Source: a virus (lineage: Duplodnaviria > Caudoviricetes). Taken from it: a DNA stretch of 64,000 nucleotides. Location: IMG/VR virus record IMGVR_UViG_3300011335_000457, positions 16,537-80,536 of that record. One strand, 5' to 3'. The position numbers were made by a program, and so were the translations under genes. Below, piece by piece: positions 6,654-15,560 of this stretch (position 1 is its first letter; the number at the start of each line of letters is the position of its first letter). The notes beneath the pieces are model-generated. The model was not told the origin of the DNA, did no database searches, and saw only the letters and a program-made list of their open reading frames with translations.

Positions 6654-7335
6654 AGTTTTAATTTTAATTATTATTATTAGTATAGAGCTGTATATATAGA
6701 TGATGTTGTTGTGTTGCTTGCTAGATATATAACATGTTGGTTGACACAGACACAGACATGATCCCATATACATATTACATATCATATCATAACAGTATGA
6801 ATCAGTATCCACACCATGCATGAGTATGATGATACTTATCCTGTAGATATATTATATATTATTATTCTGTATGGTTTTAGTGTCTTTAGATTTCATGGGG
6901 GGTACCACCTGTCTGGCTCGGGCCGGGGGTCAGTTGAGTAAGGACCCACCACCATCTCTAATACACAACATTTTTTTACTAAAAAAATTTTTATTTAAAA
7001 AAATTTATTACCTTAGCTCTGCTTTGTATTTTGATTACATTCTTTTTTGCAAGGAGCCCTGGATTAATAGTCCGGGGTTTTTTGTTTATCTTTGTGGTAA
7101 CAGTACCTGGGATGCATACCGTAAGATCTGCCTACTAGCCCTGGTCTTTTTGTTATTGGGAAAGCATGGTACCAACATGTATAACTAGTATCACGCCCAG
7201 ATAAGTTTCTCTGATCAAGAAGTACTGTCTGGGTTTTTTGTATCTTTACTTTGAGTTATATGTTACCTAGTCAACGGACTGGGGGAGGATCCCGGAATAA
7301 GTAACCGGGATTCTTTTATATATTAGTATAATAAT

Positions 7336-7536
7336 ATGTTTATGATACATGAAGTTAAACAAGTTATGTGGATCCAGACTCCACATGGTGTATGTCAAGT
7401 TTTGTTCTTGATAGATTATGGTCCACATCAGAATACTATATGGGTTGCTGCTGCAATATCAGATGGTATGATACGGCATTATGATAGTTCTCAAATTAAA
7501 CTAGATAAAAATTATACTCTTAGTATAAATGTTTAA
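7336..7536 (+). CDS. Hypothetical protein
   Basis: First ORF of the plus-strand arm. Confidence 0.55.
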   Translation: MFMIHEVKQVMWIQTPHGVCQVLFLIDYGPHQNTIWVAAAISDGMIRHYDSSQIKLDKNYTLSINV

Positions 7537-7602
7537 AAAAGTTTTTATATTTGTGTCACCAACAAACTATGAAAGCAACAACTTCCATTAAATCTTTATC
7601 TT

Positions 7603-7899
7603 ATGACACGCCAGCAAAGACTGTTGTGGGAAAAGCTAACTAAAGATGCTGCTGAACTTGGTATGGATAATCTCCAGGCTAGAGAGATGTATGATGAAAT
7701 AAATAAGATAATGGATAAACAGGAAAAAACAATTCTAAGCATCATTGAAAAAGGTGAGGGATTAGAGGTAAGAATGAGTGATGTTGTATATAATAATCTT
7801 GCTATAGTAGGATTGTTAGAAAAGATTAAATTAAATATCTTAGATCATTCAAAGGATATACCAGAGCCTTTGGATACAAATCAGAAGTATGATGCATAA
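7603..7899 (+). CDS. Hypothetical protein
   Basis: ORF downstream of a TATATTTG box (7546-7553). Confidence 0.55.
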   Translation: MTRQQRLLWEKLTKDAAELGMDNLQAREMYDEINKIMDKQEKTILSIIEKGEGLEVRMSDVVYNNLAIVGLLEKIKLNILDHSKDIPEPLDTNQKYDA

Positions 7900-7916
7900 T
7901 TTTTAAACTAAATATA

Positions 7917-8204
7917 ATGAGTGAAAAGAAACCGGTATATGCTATACCAGACAAAGCTCCTGAAATGGTTGAGCACAAGATCATTCCTTTTGGACATCAG
8001 TTAGTAGGATTAGATCCTGATAATCTAGATGATTCTGAGGTGACTAAAGTAAAGTTATTAGCAGCACAGATGGCTGAGATCTTGAAGACCAACTATGAGA
8101 ATGAAAGAGGGCCTTTAAAAAGTATGTTATTTGACCATGCACTAGGAGAACTAGTTAATGCTCAGATGGCAGTAGTAAAAGTAATCACGTTAAAAAATAA
8201 ATAA
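7917..8204 (+). CDS. Acb2/Tad1-like helical-hairpin protein (possible nucleotide-signal sponge)
   Basis: FGHQLVGL, two helices, ...GELVNAQMAVVKVIT; resembles this family from memory, not searched. Confidence 0.4.
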   Translation: MSEKKPVYAIPDKAPEMVEHKIIPFGHQLVGLDPDNLDDSEVTKVKLLAAQMAEILKTNYENERGPLKSMLFDHALGELVNAQMAVVKVITLKNK

Positions 8205-8581
8205 TGGAAGCAAAGTCATTACACAATACTACAGCCAACGGTGCCAAGAAGAATGTGAGAGATATTCAATTCTGGGGAGATGGTGATACATTCAGATTAA
8301 TATCCAAAGCTTCTTCTGAAGCAGAAGGTTGGATGAAATCTACTAAAGCAATGCCTGCTGGTAACTCAGTAGTAGTACAGGTTACTACTCAACAGAGAAA
8401 TCCAGATGGTAGTTACTCTGTGGCAGAAGCATTAACAACTGTTCCTAATGCAATCATAGCAGAGTTTATTGATGAAGATGATTTAGTAAAATACAGAACT
8501 ATCATTGAAAGAGTTTTAAATAAACATGCAGGCATGGTTACTTATATTGAAAGAAACATAAAAATTAAAACAGCAGAATAA
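8204..8581 (+). CDS. Conserved phage hypothetical protein
   Basis: SKASSEAEGWMKSTKAM and VQVTTQQRNPDGSYSVAEAL blocks look like a recurrent phage family. Confidence 0.6.
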   Translation: MEAKSLHNTTANGAKKNVRDIQFWGDGDTFRLISKASSEAEGWMKSTKAMPAGNSVVVQVTTQQRNPDGSYSVAEALTTVPNAIIAEFIDEDDLVKYRTIIERVLNKHAGMVTYIERNIKIKTAE

Positions 8582-8874
8582 TGGCACAATTTAAAAAATT
8601 AAGAGGTAGAACTATTTTATTAGATGTTCCTCAAAGAAAAGAATCCAGTATCCAGTTATCAGCTAAGGATGAAGATGCAATTATGGCTGATGCTGTAAAG
8701 ATGTGGAATAAACTTACAGTGTTTGCTATTGGAGATAAGGTAGAAGAAGTAGCAGTTGGTGATCAAGTATATGTTAGAACGGCTGCTCTTAATATGGAGC
8801 ATGTAGAAAGAATAGATATAGATGGTTCTGTTAAGTTAGTTCTTAATGAAGGTGACGTAGTTATTATCTGGTAG
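8581..8874 (+). CDS. GroES/Cpn10-like co-chaperonin
   Basis: 97 aa; mobile-loop region, VFAIGDKVEEVAVGDQVY, LVLNEGDVV. Confidence 0.7.
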   Translation: MAQFKKLRGRTILLDVPQRKESSIQLSAKDEDAIMADAVKMWNKLTVFAIGDKVEEVAVGDQVYVRTAALNMEHVERIDIDGSVKLVLNEGDVVIIW

Positions 8875-8876
8875 TC

Positions 8877-9146
8877 ATGAGTGATGCAAGAATAAAAGCT
8901 ACTCTTGTGGATGTAACTAAAAGAGTAATTAACTTAGAAGAAGGACCCCGGCCTGATTACTATGGTGGCAAAGATAGTACTTATGAAGTATTCAGAGTTC
9001 TAGAAGAATGGGAACTAGACAAAGACTTCTATTTAGGTAATGTAATTAAGTATGTAGCAAGGGCTGGTAAAAAAGATTCTTCTAAAACAAAAGAAGATTT
9101 ACAAAAAGCTTTAGTATATTTACAAAGAAGAATTGATTTATTATGA
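8877..9146 (+). CDS. DUF3310-family protein
   Basis: PDYYGG, FYLGNVIKYVARAGKK, EDLQKALVYL. Confidence 0.85.
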   Translation: MSDARIKATLVDVTKRVINLEEGPRPDYYGGKDSTYEVFRVLEEWELDKDFYLGNVIKYVARAGKKDSSKTKEDLQKALVYLQRRIDLL

Positions 9147-9337
9147 TAACAGGAATAATATTTATTGTAGGTATAATAGTTATTGGGTTTTTATTTTTAG
9201 TACAAAATGCTATGACTAAACCTATATATAACAAGATGCACAATATGTGGCATGATGATCCGGAAGGAAGAAAGATTGCCAATATAACTTTAGTAGTAAT
9301 GTTGTTTATAGCATTTTATTTAGGGACATTATTTTGA
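9143..9337 (+). CDS. Small two-TM membrane protein
   Basis: Two hydrophobic helices. Confidence 0.6.
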   Translation: MITGIIFIVGIIVIGFLFLVQNAMTKPIYNKMHNMWHDDPEGRKIANITLVVMLFIAFYLGTLF

Positions 9338-9357
9338 TATGCTTCTCTCAAACGGAA

Positions 9358-9390
9358 AGATCCTCAGTTTTTTAGCTGGGGATTTTTTTA
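9358..9390 (+). terminator. Intrinsic terminator
   Basis: ATCCTCAGT...GCTGGGGAT followed by a T-tract. Confidence 0.6.
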
Positions 9391-9441
9391 TGTGAATTAT
9401 TTTTTGTATATTATTATGTATATTTATTAAAACAAACAACC

Positions 9442-9912
9442 ATGGACATTTTAAATTTTATTTCTTGGATTAAAGCTGGTAATTATAGAACCACAATTCC
9501 AACCGATGTTAATACTCTAATTGCAGTAGGTGCACAAGATCCTTCTCGCGATGATAATTGGCTACCATTAGCTGTTAATGCAGAACCTTTACAGTCATTG
9601 TATAATACAGCAAATGTAATTCAAGGTTCAAGTATTACTACAGCAGTAACTGTAAATGCATTAAATGGTGTTATTACTACAGTATCTGCAACAGTAGCAG
9701 CAAATGCTAAATCTTTTTTTACTGTAAACAATAGTAATGTAGTTTCAACATCTAAGATTTTAGTTTCAGTTCAGTATGATGAAGCAGCAACAGGTATTGC
9801 AATTGCAAGTGTTTCTGATATTGCAACAGGCTCTTTTAAAGTAACTATATCAAATGGTGGAAATGCTGCATTAAATAATGTAGTTAAAGTACATTTTTTA
9901 ATTGTTGCTTAA
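9442..9912 (+). CDS. Putative virion structural protein (beta-rich)
   Basis: Thr/Val/Ala-rich beta-sandwich-like C-terminus. Confidence 0.55.
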   Translation: MDILNFISWIKAGNYRTTIPTDVNTLIAVGAQDPSRDDNWLPLAVNAEPLQSLYNTANVIQGSSITTAVTVNALNGVITTVSATVAANAKSFFTVNNSNVVSTSKILVSVQYDEAATGIAIASVSDIATGSFKVTISNGGNAALNNVVKVHFLIVA

Positions 9913-9963
9913 GTTATTAATTTACTGAGGTAGAAATACCTCAGTTATTTAAATTATAAAACT

Positions 9964-10503
9964 ATGTCAATAGGAAATTTAAAAGACACTGGAAACCAAG
10001 GTAATAACATGCCATGGCAATGGAGTGTACTAAGAGGACTACAAGGTATTCTCACTCAATTACAATCAGTATTAAGAGTTCAAATAGTTGATCCTTTAGG
10101 CCAACAAACAATGGATAACTCAGTAGCTGTAGTAATTGCTTCTGATCAGTCAATTTTACCTGTAGACATTCAAAAACCTTTAGGTAATAGTGGATCAAAT
10201 GATTCAGTTTCAGTAGTACTAACTAATGATCAGTTTAAACGAATTGTAACTCCTAATATAATTTTAGAAAATATCCACAATGATAGCCTTGGTGTAACTT
10301 GTTATTCTATCTCTTTTGCTAGTAATGGTACTGCTGATGCTTTAGTTTCATTTGATGGAGGAATTAATTATGTGACTTTACCTTCAGGAACAACAATTAA
10401 TATGGATGCTGGAGGATTAGACTGGTATTATGAAGCTGACAAGTTTTATTGGGATACTACTACTAATGCTGGTGCTTCTTTAATTATAACATATAATAAC
10501 TAA
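9964..10503 (+). CDS. Putative virion structural protein
   Basis: ORF; MSIGNLKDTGNQGNNMPWQ N-terminus. Confidence 0.55.
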   Translation: MSIGNLKDTGNQGNNMPWQWSVLRGLQGILTQLQSVLRVQIVDPLGQQTMDNSVAVVIASDQSILPVDIQKPLGNSGSNDSVSVVLTNDQFKRIVTPNIILENIHNDSLGVTCYSISFASNGTADALVSFDGGINYVTLPSGTTINMDAGGLDWYYEADKFYWDTTTNAGASLIITYNN

Positions 10504-10892
10504 TGAGTACACTAATACAAATACCAAATCAAATTCCTGTTTATATTCAAGCAGCTTGTTCTGATGAAACTACTGCTTTAACAGTAGGAACTTCTAAAGT
10601 AATATTTAGGATTCCTTGTGATATGATTATAACAGAGGTTAGAGCTTCATTAAGTACAGCTCAATCAAGTGGCAGTATATTTACTGTTGATATTCATAAG
10701 TCAGGAGTATCAATTTTAAGCACTAAATTAACCATTGATAATGCTGAAACTACATCCGTAACAGCTACAACTCCAGCTGTTATTAGTAATGCTATAACAG
10801 CTGATGATTCTAGGATAAATGTTCACATAGATCAAATAGGAAATGGTACTGCTAAAGGACTTAAAATAACTTTGATTGGTACTAGAATATGA
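10503..10892 (+). CDS. Putative structural protein (jelly-roll-like)
   Basis: Beta-rich, ITEVRASLSTA...GLKITLIG pattern. Confidence 0.55.
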   Translation: MSTLIQIPNQIPVYIQAACSDETTALTVGTSKVIFRIPCDMIITEVRASLSTAQSSGSIFTVDIHKSGVSILSTKLTIDNAETTSVTATTPAVISNAITADDSRINVHIDQIGNGTAKGLKITLIGTRI

Positions 10893-11698
10893 TAATTAAT
10901 CCTTATTTTTTTGGCTCAGCACCTTTATTAATTGATACATATCCAGGTGCATCAGTTGCTTTTTCATTGCGTAAACTTAGAACAGCTTATTCAGGTAGTT
11001 GTATTAGAGTAAGACGGTCAAGTGATAATACAGAGTTAAATATTGGTTTTGTTAATGATGTTTTAGATACAGCTTCTTTACTTACATTTTGTGGTGCTGG
11101 CAATGGCTTTGTAGCTACATGGTATGACCAAAGTGGTAATGCAAATAATGCAACACAATCAACAGCTTTTAACCAGCCTCAGATTGTTTCAAGTGGTGCA
11201 ATGATAACAACTAATGGTAAAAATTCAATATTATTTAATTCAACTAAACTAATGCTTTTAGGCTCTTCAATAACAGTAGGAGCATCAAGTTATACATCAT
11301 TGGTAGGTAAACGTCCTTCAAGTGGAGATAAGTTAATAGGTTTAGCAAGGTGGAGTACTCTTGGTTATGCATTATATTTATGGTCAGATAGTAAGTATTA
11401 TTTCTTAGGTAAGGCAAATGAATATTTTACAAGTTCAGCAACAGATACAACAACTGCTCAGTTATTATTGACAGGTCAAAATTCAGCAGGCACAATTTCA
11501 ATTTTTAAAAATGGCGGTGCAATAACATCAAGTTCAAATGTATTAATTTATTCAACATTAGTTGACTCTATTGGTGGAACTTCAGGAAGTTTAGCAAATT
11601 GTAACCTGCAAGAAACTATTTTATACAATTCAGATCAATCAACAAACAGAACAGGAATTGAAACAAACATTAATACATTCTATACAATATATCCATGA
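10889..11698 (+). CDS. Concanavalin/LamG-like protein resembling the arabinofuranosidase-B catalytic fold
   Basis: AFSLRKLRTAYSGSCIRVRRSSDN, WYDQSGN. Confidence 0.65.
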   Translation: MIINPYFFGSAPLLIDTYPGASVAFSLRKLRTAYSGSCIRVRRSSDNTELNIGFVNDVLDTASLLTFCGAGNGFVATWYDQSGNANNATQSTAFNQPQIVSSGAMITTNGKNSILFNSTKLMLLGSSITVGASSYTSLVGKRPSSGDKLIGLARWSTLGYALYLWSDSKYYFLGKANEYFTSSATDTTTAQLLLTGQNSAGTISIFKNGGAITSSSNVLIYSTLVDSIGGTSGSLANCNLQETILYNSDQSTNRTGIETNINTFYTIYP

Positions 11699-11931
11699 TA
11701 ATAACAGGTTATAAATACACAATAGAACAGGATGCAATAGATGCGAGAGAACAATGTGATACTTACTATGGTATCCCAGTTTCACCTGAAGATGTTACAC
11801 AAAATTGGTGTGACTATGAAACAGCAAATTTAGATACTCCTATATTTTACTACATTAGATTTGATGAGAGTTTAAGAGTTGTTTTAGGAGATCCAGGAAC
11901 TTTTGAAGTAACTGTACTTAATCCTTTTTAA
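11695..11931 (+). CDS. Hypothetical protein
   Basis: Overlapping ORF in the operon. Confidence 0.6.
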   Translation: MIITGYKYTIEQDAIDAREQCDTYYGIPVSPEDVTQNWCDYETANLDTPIFYYIRFDESLRVVLGDPGTFEVTVLNPF

Positions 11932-12003
11932 TAAGTAAAAATGCTTAATAAAATATTGCAATATAAATAATTTTTAGTATATTATTATATATATTTATAA
12001 CTT

Positions 12004-12279
12004 ATGACAATGGACACAATAACAATAACAATAACTTTGTTTATAGCAGGAACAATTTTTGCTATCTTTGGATACTTTTTAAAAATGATTCACGGAGATG
12101 TAAGAAAAAACACAGAAGAATTAGGCAAATTAAAAGGCAAAATAGAACTAGTACAACAAGAGACTCAGATAAAGTATCAAGCATTGCAAGAACTTACTCA
12201 GCTTGAGATAAAAAACCTAGCAAAGAATGTAGGTGAATTATCAGATGCAGTTAAGATGTTTGTGTTAAATAAAAACTAA
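12004..12279 (+). CDS. TM plus coiled-coil lysis-associated membrane protein
   Basis: N-terminal TM and heptad C-terminus, upstream of the endolysin. Confidence 0.55.
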   Translation: MTMDTITITITLFIAGTIFAIFGYFLKMIHGDVRKNTEELGKLKGKIELVQQETQIKYQALQELTQLEIKNLAKNVGELSDAVKMFVLNKN

Positions 12280-12521
12280 TGAAAGAATTGAAAGGAAGAT
12301 GGAAATCTAGAACACCTAGGTTCTGGAAGAAAGTACAGAAAGTAGCAATTGCACTAGGTGCAGCAGCTGCTATAGTTGTGGCAGCTCCAATAGCATTACC
12401 TGCAGCAGTGGTAACAGTAGCAGGATATGTAGTAACAGCAGGAACTGTTGCAGCAACCTTATCTCAACTAACAGTTGAGAACTATAAGGACATAACTAAA
12501 GTAACCAATAAAAACAAATAA
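12279..12521 (+). CDS. Holin-like membrane protein
   Basis: Basic N-terminus, Ala/Val-rich TM segments, lysis context. Confidence 0.55.
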   Translation: MKELKGRWKSRTPRFWKKVQKVAIALGAAAAIVVAAPIALPAAVVTVAGYVVTAGTVAATLSQLTVENYKDITKVTNKNK

Positions 12522-12522
12522 A

Positions 12523-12831
12523 ATGGCTAAGAAAGCAAAAAAAGTTCAGGATGTAGATTTTGAAGTAAAGACTAAGAAAGTAAGAGTTAAAGCTGTCAAA
12601 AAAGAAAAAGTAGTTGATGTAGTAGTAGACACACCAAATGTAGATGTTACAGTACATGCAGATGAAGAGAAAAAGAAATTTGTACTTGACTCAAGGAAAT
12701 TAGATGTTGAAGTTACTAAAACAGATGAAGGTACTACAGTTACAGTAGAAGCTCAAACTCCAATACTTAAGAAAGTAGGTTTATGGGTAGCTCATATGAT
12801 GAGTAAAAAATTCAACAAAGTTAAAAAATGA
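12523..12831 (+). CDS. Hypothetical Lys/Val-rich protein
   Basis: ORF in the lysis operon. Confidence 0.55.
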   Translation: MAKKAKKVQDVDFEVKTKKVRVKAVKKEKVVDVVVDTPNVDVTVHADEEKKKFVLDSRKLDVEVTKTDEGTTVTVEAQTPILKKVGLWVAHMMSKKFNKVKK

Positions 12832-13706
12832 CTGTCTTAAAAAAAGGAAGTAAAGGACCTTCAGTGGTTACACTTCAAGAATTTTTAAAGATAAAAGCTG
12901 ATGGAGACTTTGGACCTCAGACTGAAACTGCAGTTAAGACCTGGCAGAAAGCTAATGGTTTAATAAATGATGGCATAGTAGGTAAAAAAACATGGGCAGC
13001 CATGGGAATCCTTAATACTGATAATGCAGAAAATCTAGAAGTAGAATATGCATTAGAGATTAAGAAACATTATATGACGGAAGGTACATACTTTCCTGGT
13101 CCAGTTGCAAAAGACTGGATATTTTTACACCACACAGCAGGATGGGAAAACCCATATCAGGTTGCTGATATGTGGGCTAGAGATGATAGAGGTAATGTAG
13201 CTACTGAGTTTGTATTAGGAGGTCAGTCTGTAAAGAATGGAGATACTAAGTATGATGGTGAGCTGATCCAATGTTTTCCTGAAGGAGGATATGGATGGCA
13301 CACAGGTACAGGTAACTCTGTTATGCATAGAAACTCTGTAGCAATTGAAGTATGTTGTATGGGTCAAATAGTAAATGGTAAGACTTATGTAAGTACTCCT
13401 GCTGATCCTAATCAAATAGTTAAGTTAGCTAAACCATTCCGTGGATTTCAATACTGGCATAGATACTCTGATGCTCAGATAATAAACCTCAAGCGTTGGA
13501 TACTATTTATAGCAAAGAAATATAATATAGATCCTAGGATAGGCTTGGTGCAATACATTAAAGCTAAAGGAGCTGATGGATTTGATATCTGTGATGTTGC
13601 TAAAGCACAAGCTACACCGGGATTATATACTCATACTAATGTATTAAAAGGTAAAGTAGATATGTTTCCTCAGCAAGAATTAATAGATATGTTATTAAGC
13701 TTATAA
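12828..13706 (+). CDS. Endolysin: PG-binding domain plus N-acetylmuramoyl-L-alanine amidase (Amidase_2)
   Basis: LKKGSKGPSVVTLQ...DGDFGPQTETAVKTWQ; IFLHHTAG; SVAIEVC; YTHTNV...KVD. Confidence 0.9.
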   Translation: MTVLKKGSKGPSVVTLQEFLKIKADGDFGPQTETAVKTWQKANGLINDGIVGKKTWAAMGILNTDNAENLEVEYALEIKKHYMTEGTYFPGPVAKDWIFLHHTAGWENPYQVADMWARDDRGNVATEFVLGGQSVKNGDTKYDGELIQCFPEGGYGWHTGTGNSVMHRNSVAIEVCCMGQIVNGKTYVSTPADPNQIVKLAKPFRGFQYWHRYSDAQIINLKRWILFIAKKYNIDPRIGLVQYIKAKGADGFDICDVAKAQATPGLYTHTNVLKGKVDMFPQQELIDMLLSL

Positions 13707-13707
13707 T

Positions 13708-13866
13708 ATGAAATTTAGAAACAATTGGAAAGCTTCAAACAAGCAATGGGATAAGATAACTGTAAGGATCAGAATTTCAAGCTTAGATATTTTTAGTTTA
13801 GAGATAGATAAGTCAAGAGATTTTTACTTATTTACTATCCTAAATTTTACACTTAAAAATAGATAA
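13708..13866 (+). CDS. 52-aa hypothetical protein (MKFRNNWK...)
   Basis: Manual translation filling the gap between ORFs. Confidence 0.55.
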   Translation: MKFRNNWKASNKQWDKITVRIRISSLDIFSLEIDKSRDFYLFTILNFTLKNR

Positions 13867-13867
13867 T

Positions 13868-14134
13868 ATGAAAAATGGATTAAAAGGAGTTACAGATGCT
13901 ACTGTATTTTGTAAGTCAATGAAAAAAGGTGGTCCTGCTGCAATGATACAACCAATGTCAAAATACATAGCTGGTGGTACTGCGGGTTTACAGGTTGCTG
14001 AAACTGAATCAGCTGATAGTGCTAAACCACCAAGATGGTGGAAAAATCTTAAACGTAATATAAGTAATATGAAGTTAAGAAACAATCAAAAGTCAAATAG
14101 ACACAGATGTACAGGTGTTGGTTGTGTAGAATAA
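13868..14134 (+). CDS. Small basic protein carrying xxGG motifs
   Basis: MKKGG, YIAGG; followed by a terminator at 14154-14183. Confidence 0.55.
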   Translation: MKNGLKGVTDATVFCKSMKKGGPAAMIQPMSKYIAGGTAGLQVAETESADSAKPPRWWKNLKRNISNMKLRNNQKSNRHRCTGVGCVE

Positions 14135-14246
14135 AACACTAAACTTACTATAGTCCAGGTATATTGTATGCCTGGATTTTTTGTTTTTAAATATTTGGGG
14201 TTTAAACTTTTTTTGTATATTTGTCTAAACCTTAAAAATATAAAAC

Positions 14247-14534
14247 ATGGAAAATCAACAAAATGATGAGCATTTAACAGCAGATCAGTTAGCAGAAAAG
14301 AAAGCAGCAATGTTAGAATTTTACACAGATTCATTAACATATTTGGATGCTCAATTAGTTTATGAACAAAAGCTATTAGCTATTGATGAGGCAAGATTTA
14401 AAAGAATGAGTATGCAGATGCAATATGCTATTATGATGAATGAAGCTAAAGAAAATGGTGAAGGTAATGATCTTGACAATGGATTGAATGACCCACAAAA
14501 TCCAGCACCAGCAAGAAAGCTTAAGAAAGACTAA
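14247..14534 (+). CDS. Hypothetical coiled-coil protein
   Basis: ORF after a TATATTTG box (14216-14223). Confidence 0.65.
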   Translation: MENQQNDEHLTADQLAEKKAAMLEFYTDSLTYLDAQLVYEQKLLAIDEARFKRMSMQMQYAIMMNEAKENGEGNDLDNGLNDPQNPAPARKLKKD

Positions 14535-14536
14535 TC

Positions 14537-14896
14537 ATGGCTTTAGTTACACAAGTACAGAAAAGAGTAGTGATGTCCAAAAAAGACATTATTAAATATC
14601 AGATACTTACTCATTGTTATATTAATAGTATAATAATGAGTGAGTCTGACTTAGATTGTTTATCAATGCTATCTGTAATTGGTCCTATAGAATTATCACA
14701 TTTTTGTTATGAAGCTTCTGATGAGCATAAGATATTCAAATCAGAACAAACAGTAAGAAACTGTATCAACAAGTGTGAGAAGAACAACTTGGTAATCAAA
14801 GATCCTAATAATAAAAAAATAATCAGCATGCATCCTGACTTAAAGATTCAGACAGAAGGTGATATACTATTAGATTATAAATTTTTAGGTAAATGA
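14537..14896 (+). CDS. Putative winged-helix DNA-binding protein
   Basis: FKSEQTVRNCINKCEKNNLV helix-wing pattern. Confidence 0.5.
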   Translation: MALVTQVQKRVVMSKKDIIKYQILTHCYINSIIMSESDLDCLSMLSVIGPIELSHFCYEASDEHKIFKSEQTVRNCINKCEKNNLVIKDPNNKKIISMHPDLKIQTEGDILLDYKFLGK

Positions 14897-15321
14897 TTCC
14901 AAAAAAACCAAATGCATTATACAAAGAAGTAGCTGAGGAGTTAAATTTACCAGCCAACTTAATAGAAGATTTTATAGAATTTTATTATAAAGAAATAAAG
15001 TCTAACATTACAGGTTTAAAACACCCAAGAATAAATGTAGAATGTTTAGGTCAGTTTGTAGTAAGACCACTGGCAGTTAAAAAAGCAATACCAAAATATC
15101 AGAAAATATTAGAGATACATGATACCTCTACATTTAATGCCTATTTTAATAAGGTGATGCTTGAAAAGAAACTTATAGCTTTAGCACATATTGAAAAAGA
15201 GTTAGCTAAAGTTGAATTAAAAAGAGAATTAGTTAAATCCAAAAAACAAAAGTATAATGAAGAATACATTAAAACTAATCTGGAACAACAGGAAGCAGAT
15301 ACTGGAGGGGATAACCAATAG
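14893..15321 (+). CDS. HU/IHF-like DNA-binding protein
   Basis: LYKEVAEELNLP...RINVECLGQFVVR. Confidence 0.7.
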   Translation: MIPKKPNALYKEVAEELNLPANLIEDFIEFYYKEIKSNITGLKHPRINVECLGQFVVRPLAVKKAIPKYQKILEIHDTSTFNAYFNKVMLEKKLIALAHIEKELAKVELKRELVKSKKQKYNEEYIKTNLEQQEADTGGDNQ

Positions 15322-15556
15322 TGTAATCCGTGATGAGACAGTAGAAGAAATTGCAATGCTAAGATATTCTATCTGTGATGAATGTCCTAGCAAAGGTAAG
15401 AAGTGTGCTGTAAAGGGAACAGCTCCTTGTTGTAATGAGTGTGGGTGCTCATTAGGATTTAAAACAAGATCTCTATCTTCAGATTGCCCACTGGGTAAAT
15501 GGGAAGCTATTGCTACTGAAGAACAAGAGGATGCATTAGAAAACCTTAAAGATTAA
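15257..15556 (+). CDS. Cys-rich Zn-binding protein
   Basis: CDEC, CNECGC, CPLGKW. Confidence 0.65.
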   Translation: MKNTLKLIWNNRKQILEGITNSVIRDETVEEIAMLRYSICDECPSKGKKCAVKGTAPCCNECGCSLGFKTRSLSSDCPLGKWEAIATEEQEDALENLKD

Positions 15557-15560
15557 TAGT

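Larger units (their letters stand above)
4341..6694 (-). promoter_or_regulatory. Eight copies of a putative early promoter motif (minus strand TATACAGCT[T/C], variants)
   Basis: Plus strand (A/G)AGCTGTA(T/C)(A/T) at 4341, 4779, 5319, 5669, 5936, 6283, 6434, 6685, each 24-47 nt upstream of a minus-strand ATG. Confidence 0.7.

Noticed and set aside
4341-6694. CRISPR array or integron attC array
   Set aside because: Repeats are short, spacing is irregular (150-540 nt), intervals hold ORFs, and no cas or integrase gene is present
6654-7188. ORF-track entries 6871..7188 and the N-terminal extension of 6465..6821
   Set aside because: They overlap promoter motifs, hairpins and low-complexity DNA, and the composition is not protein-like
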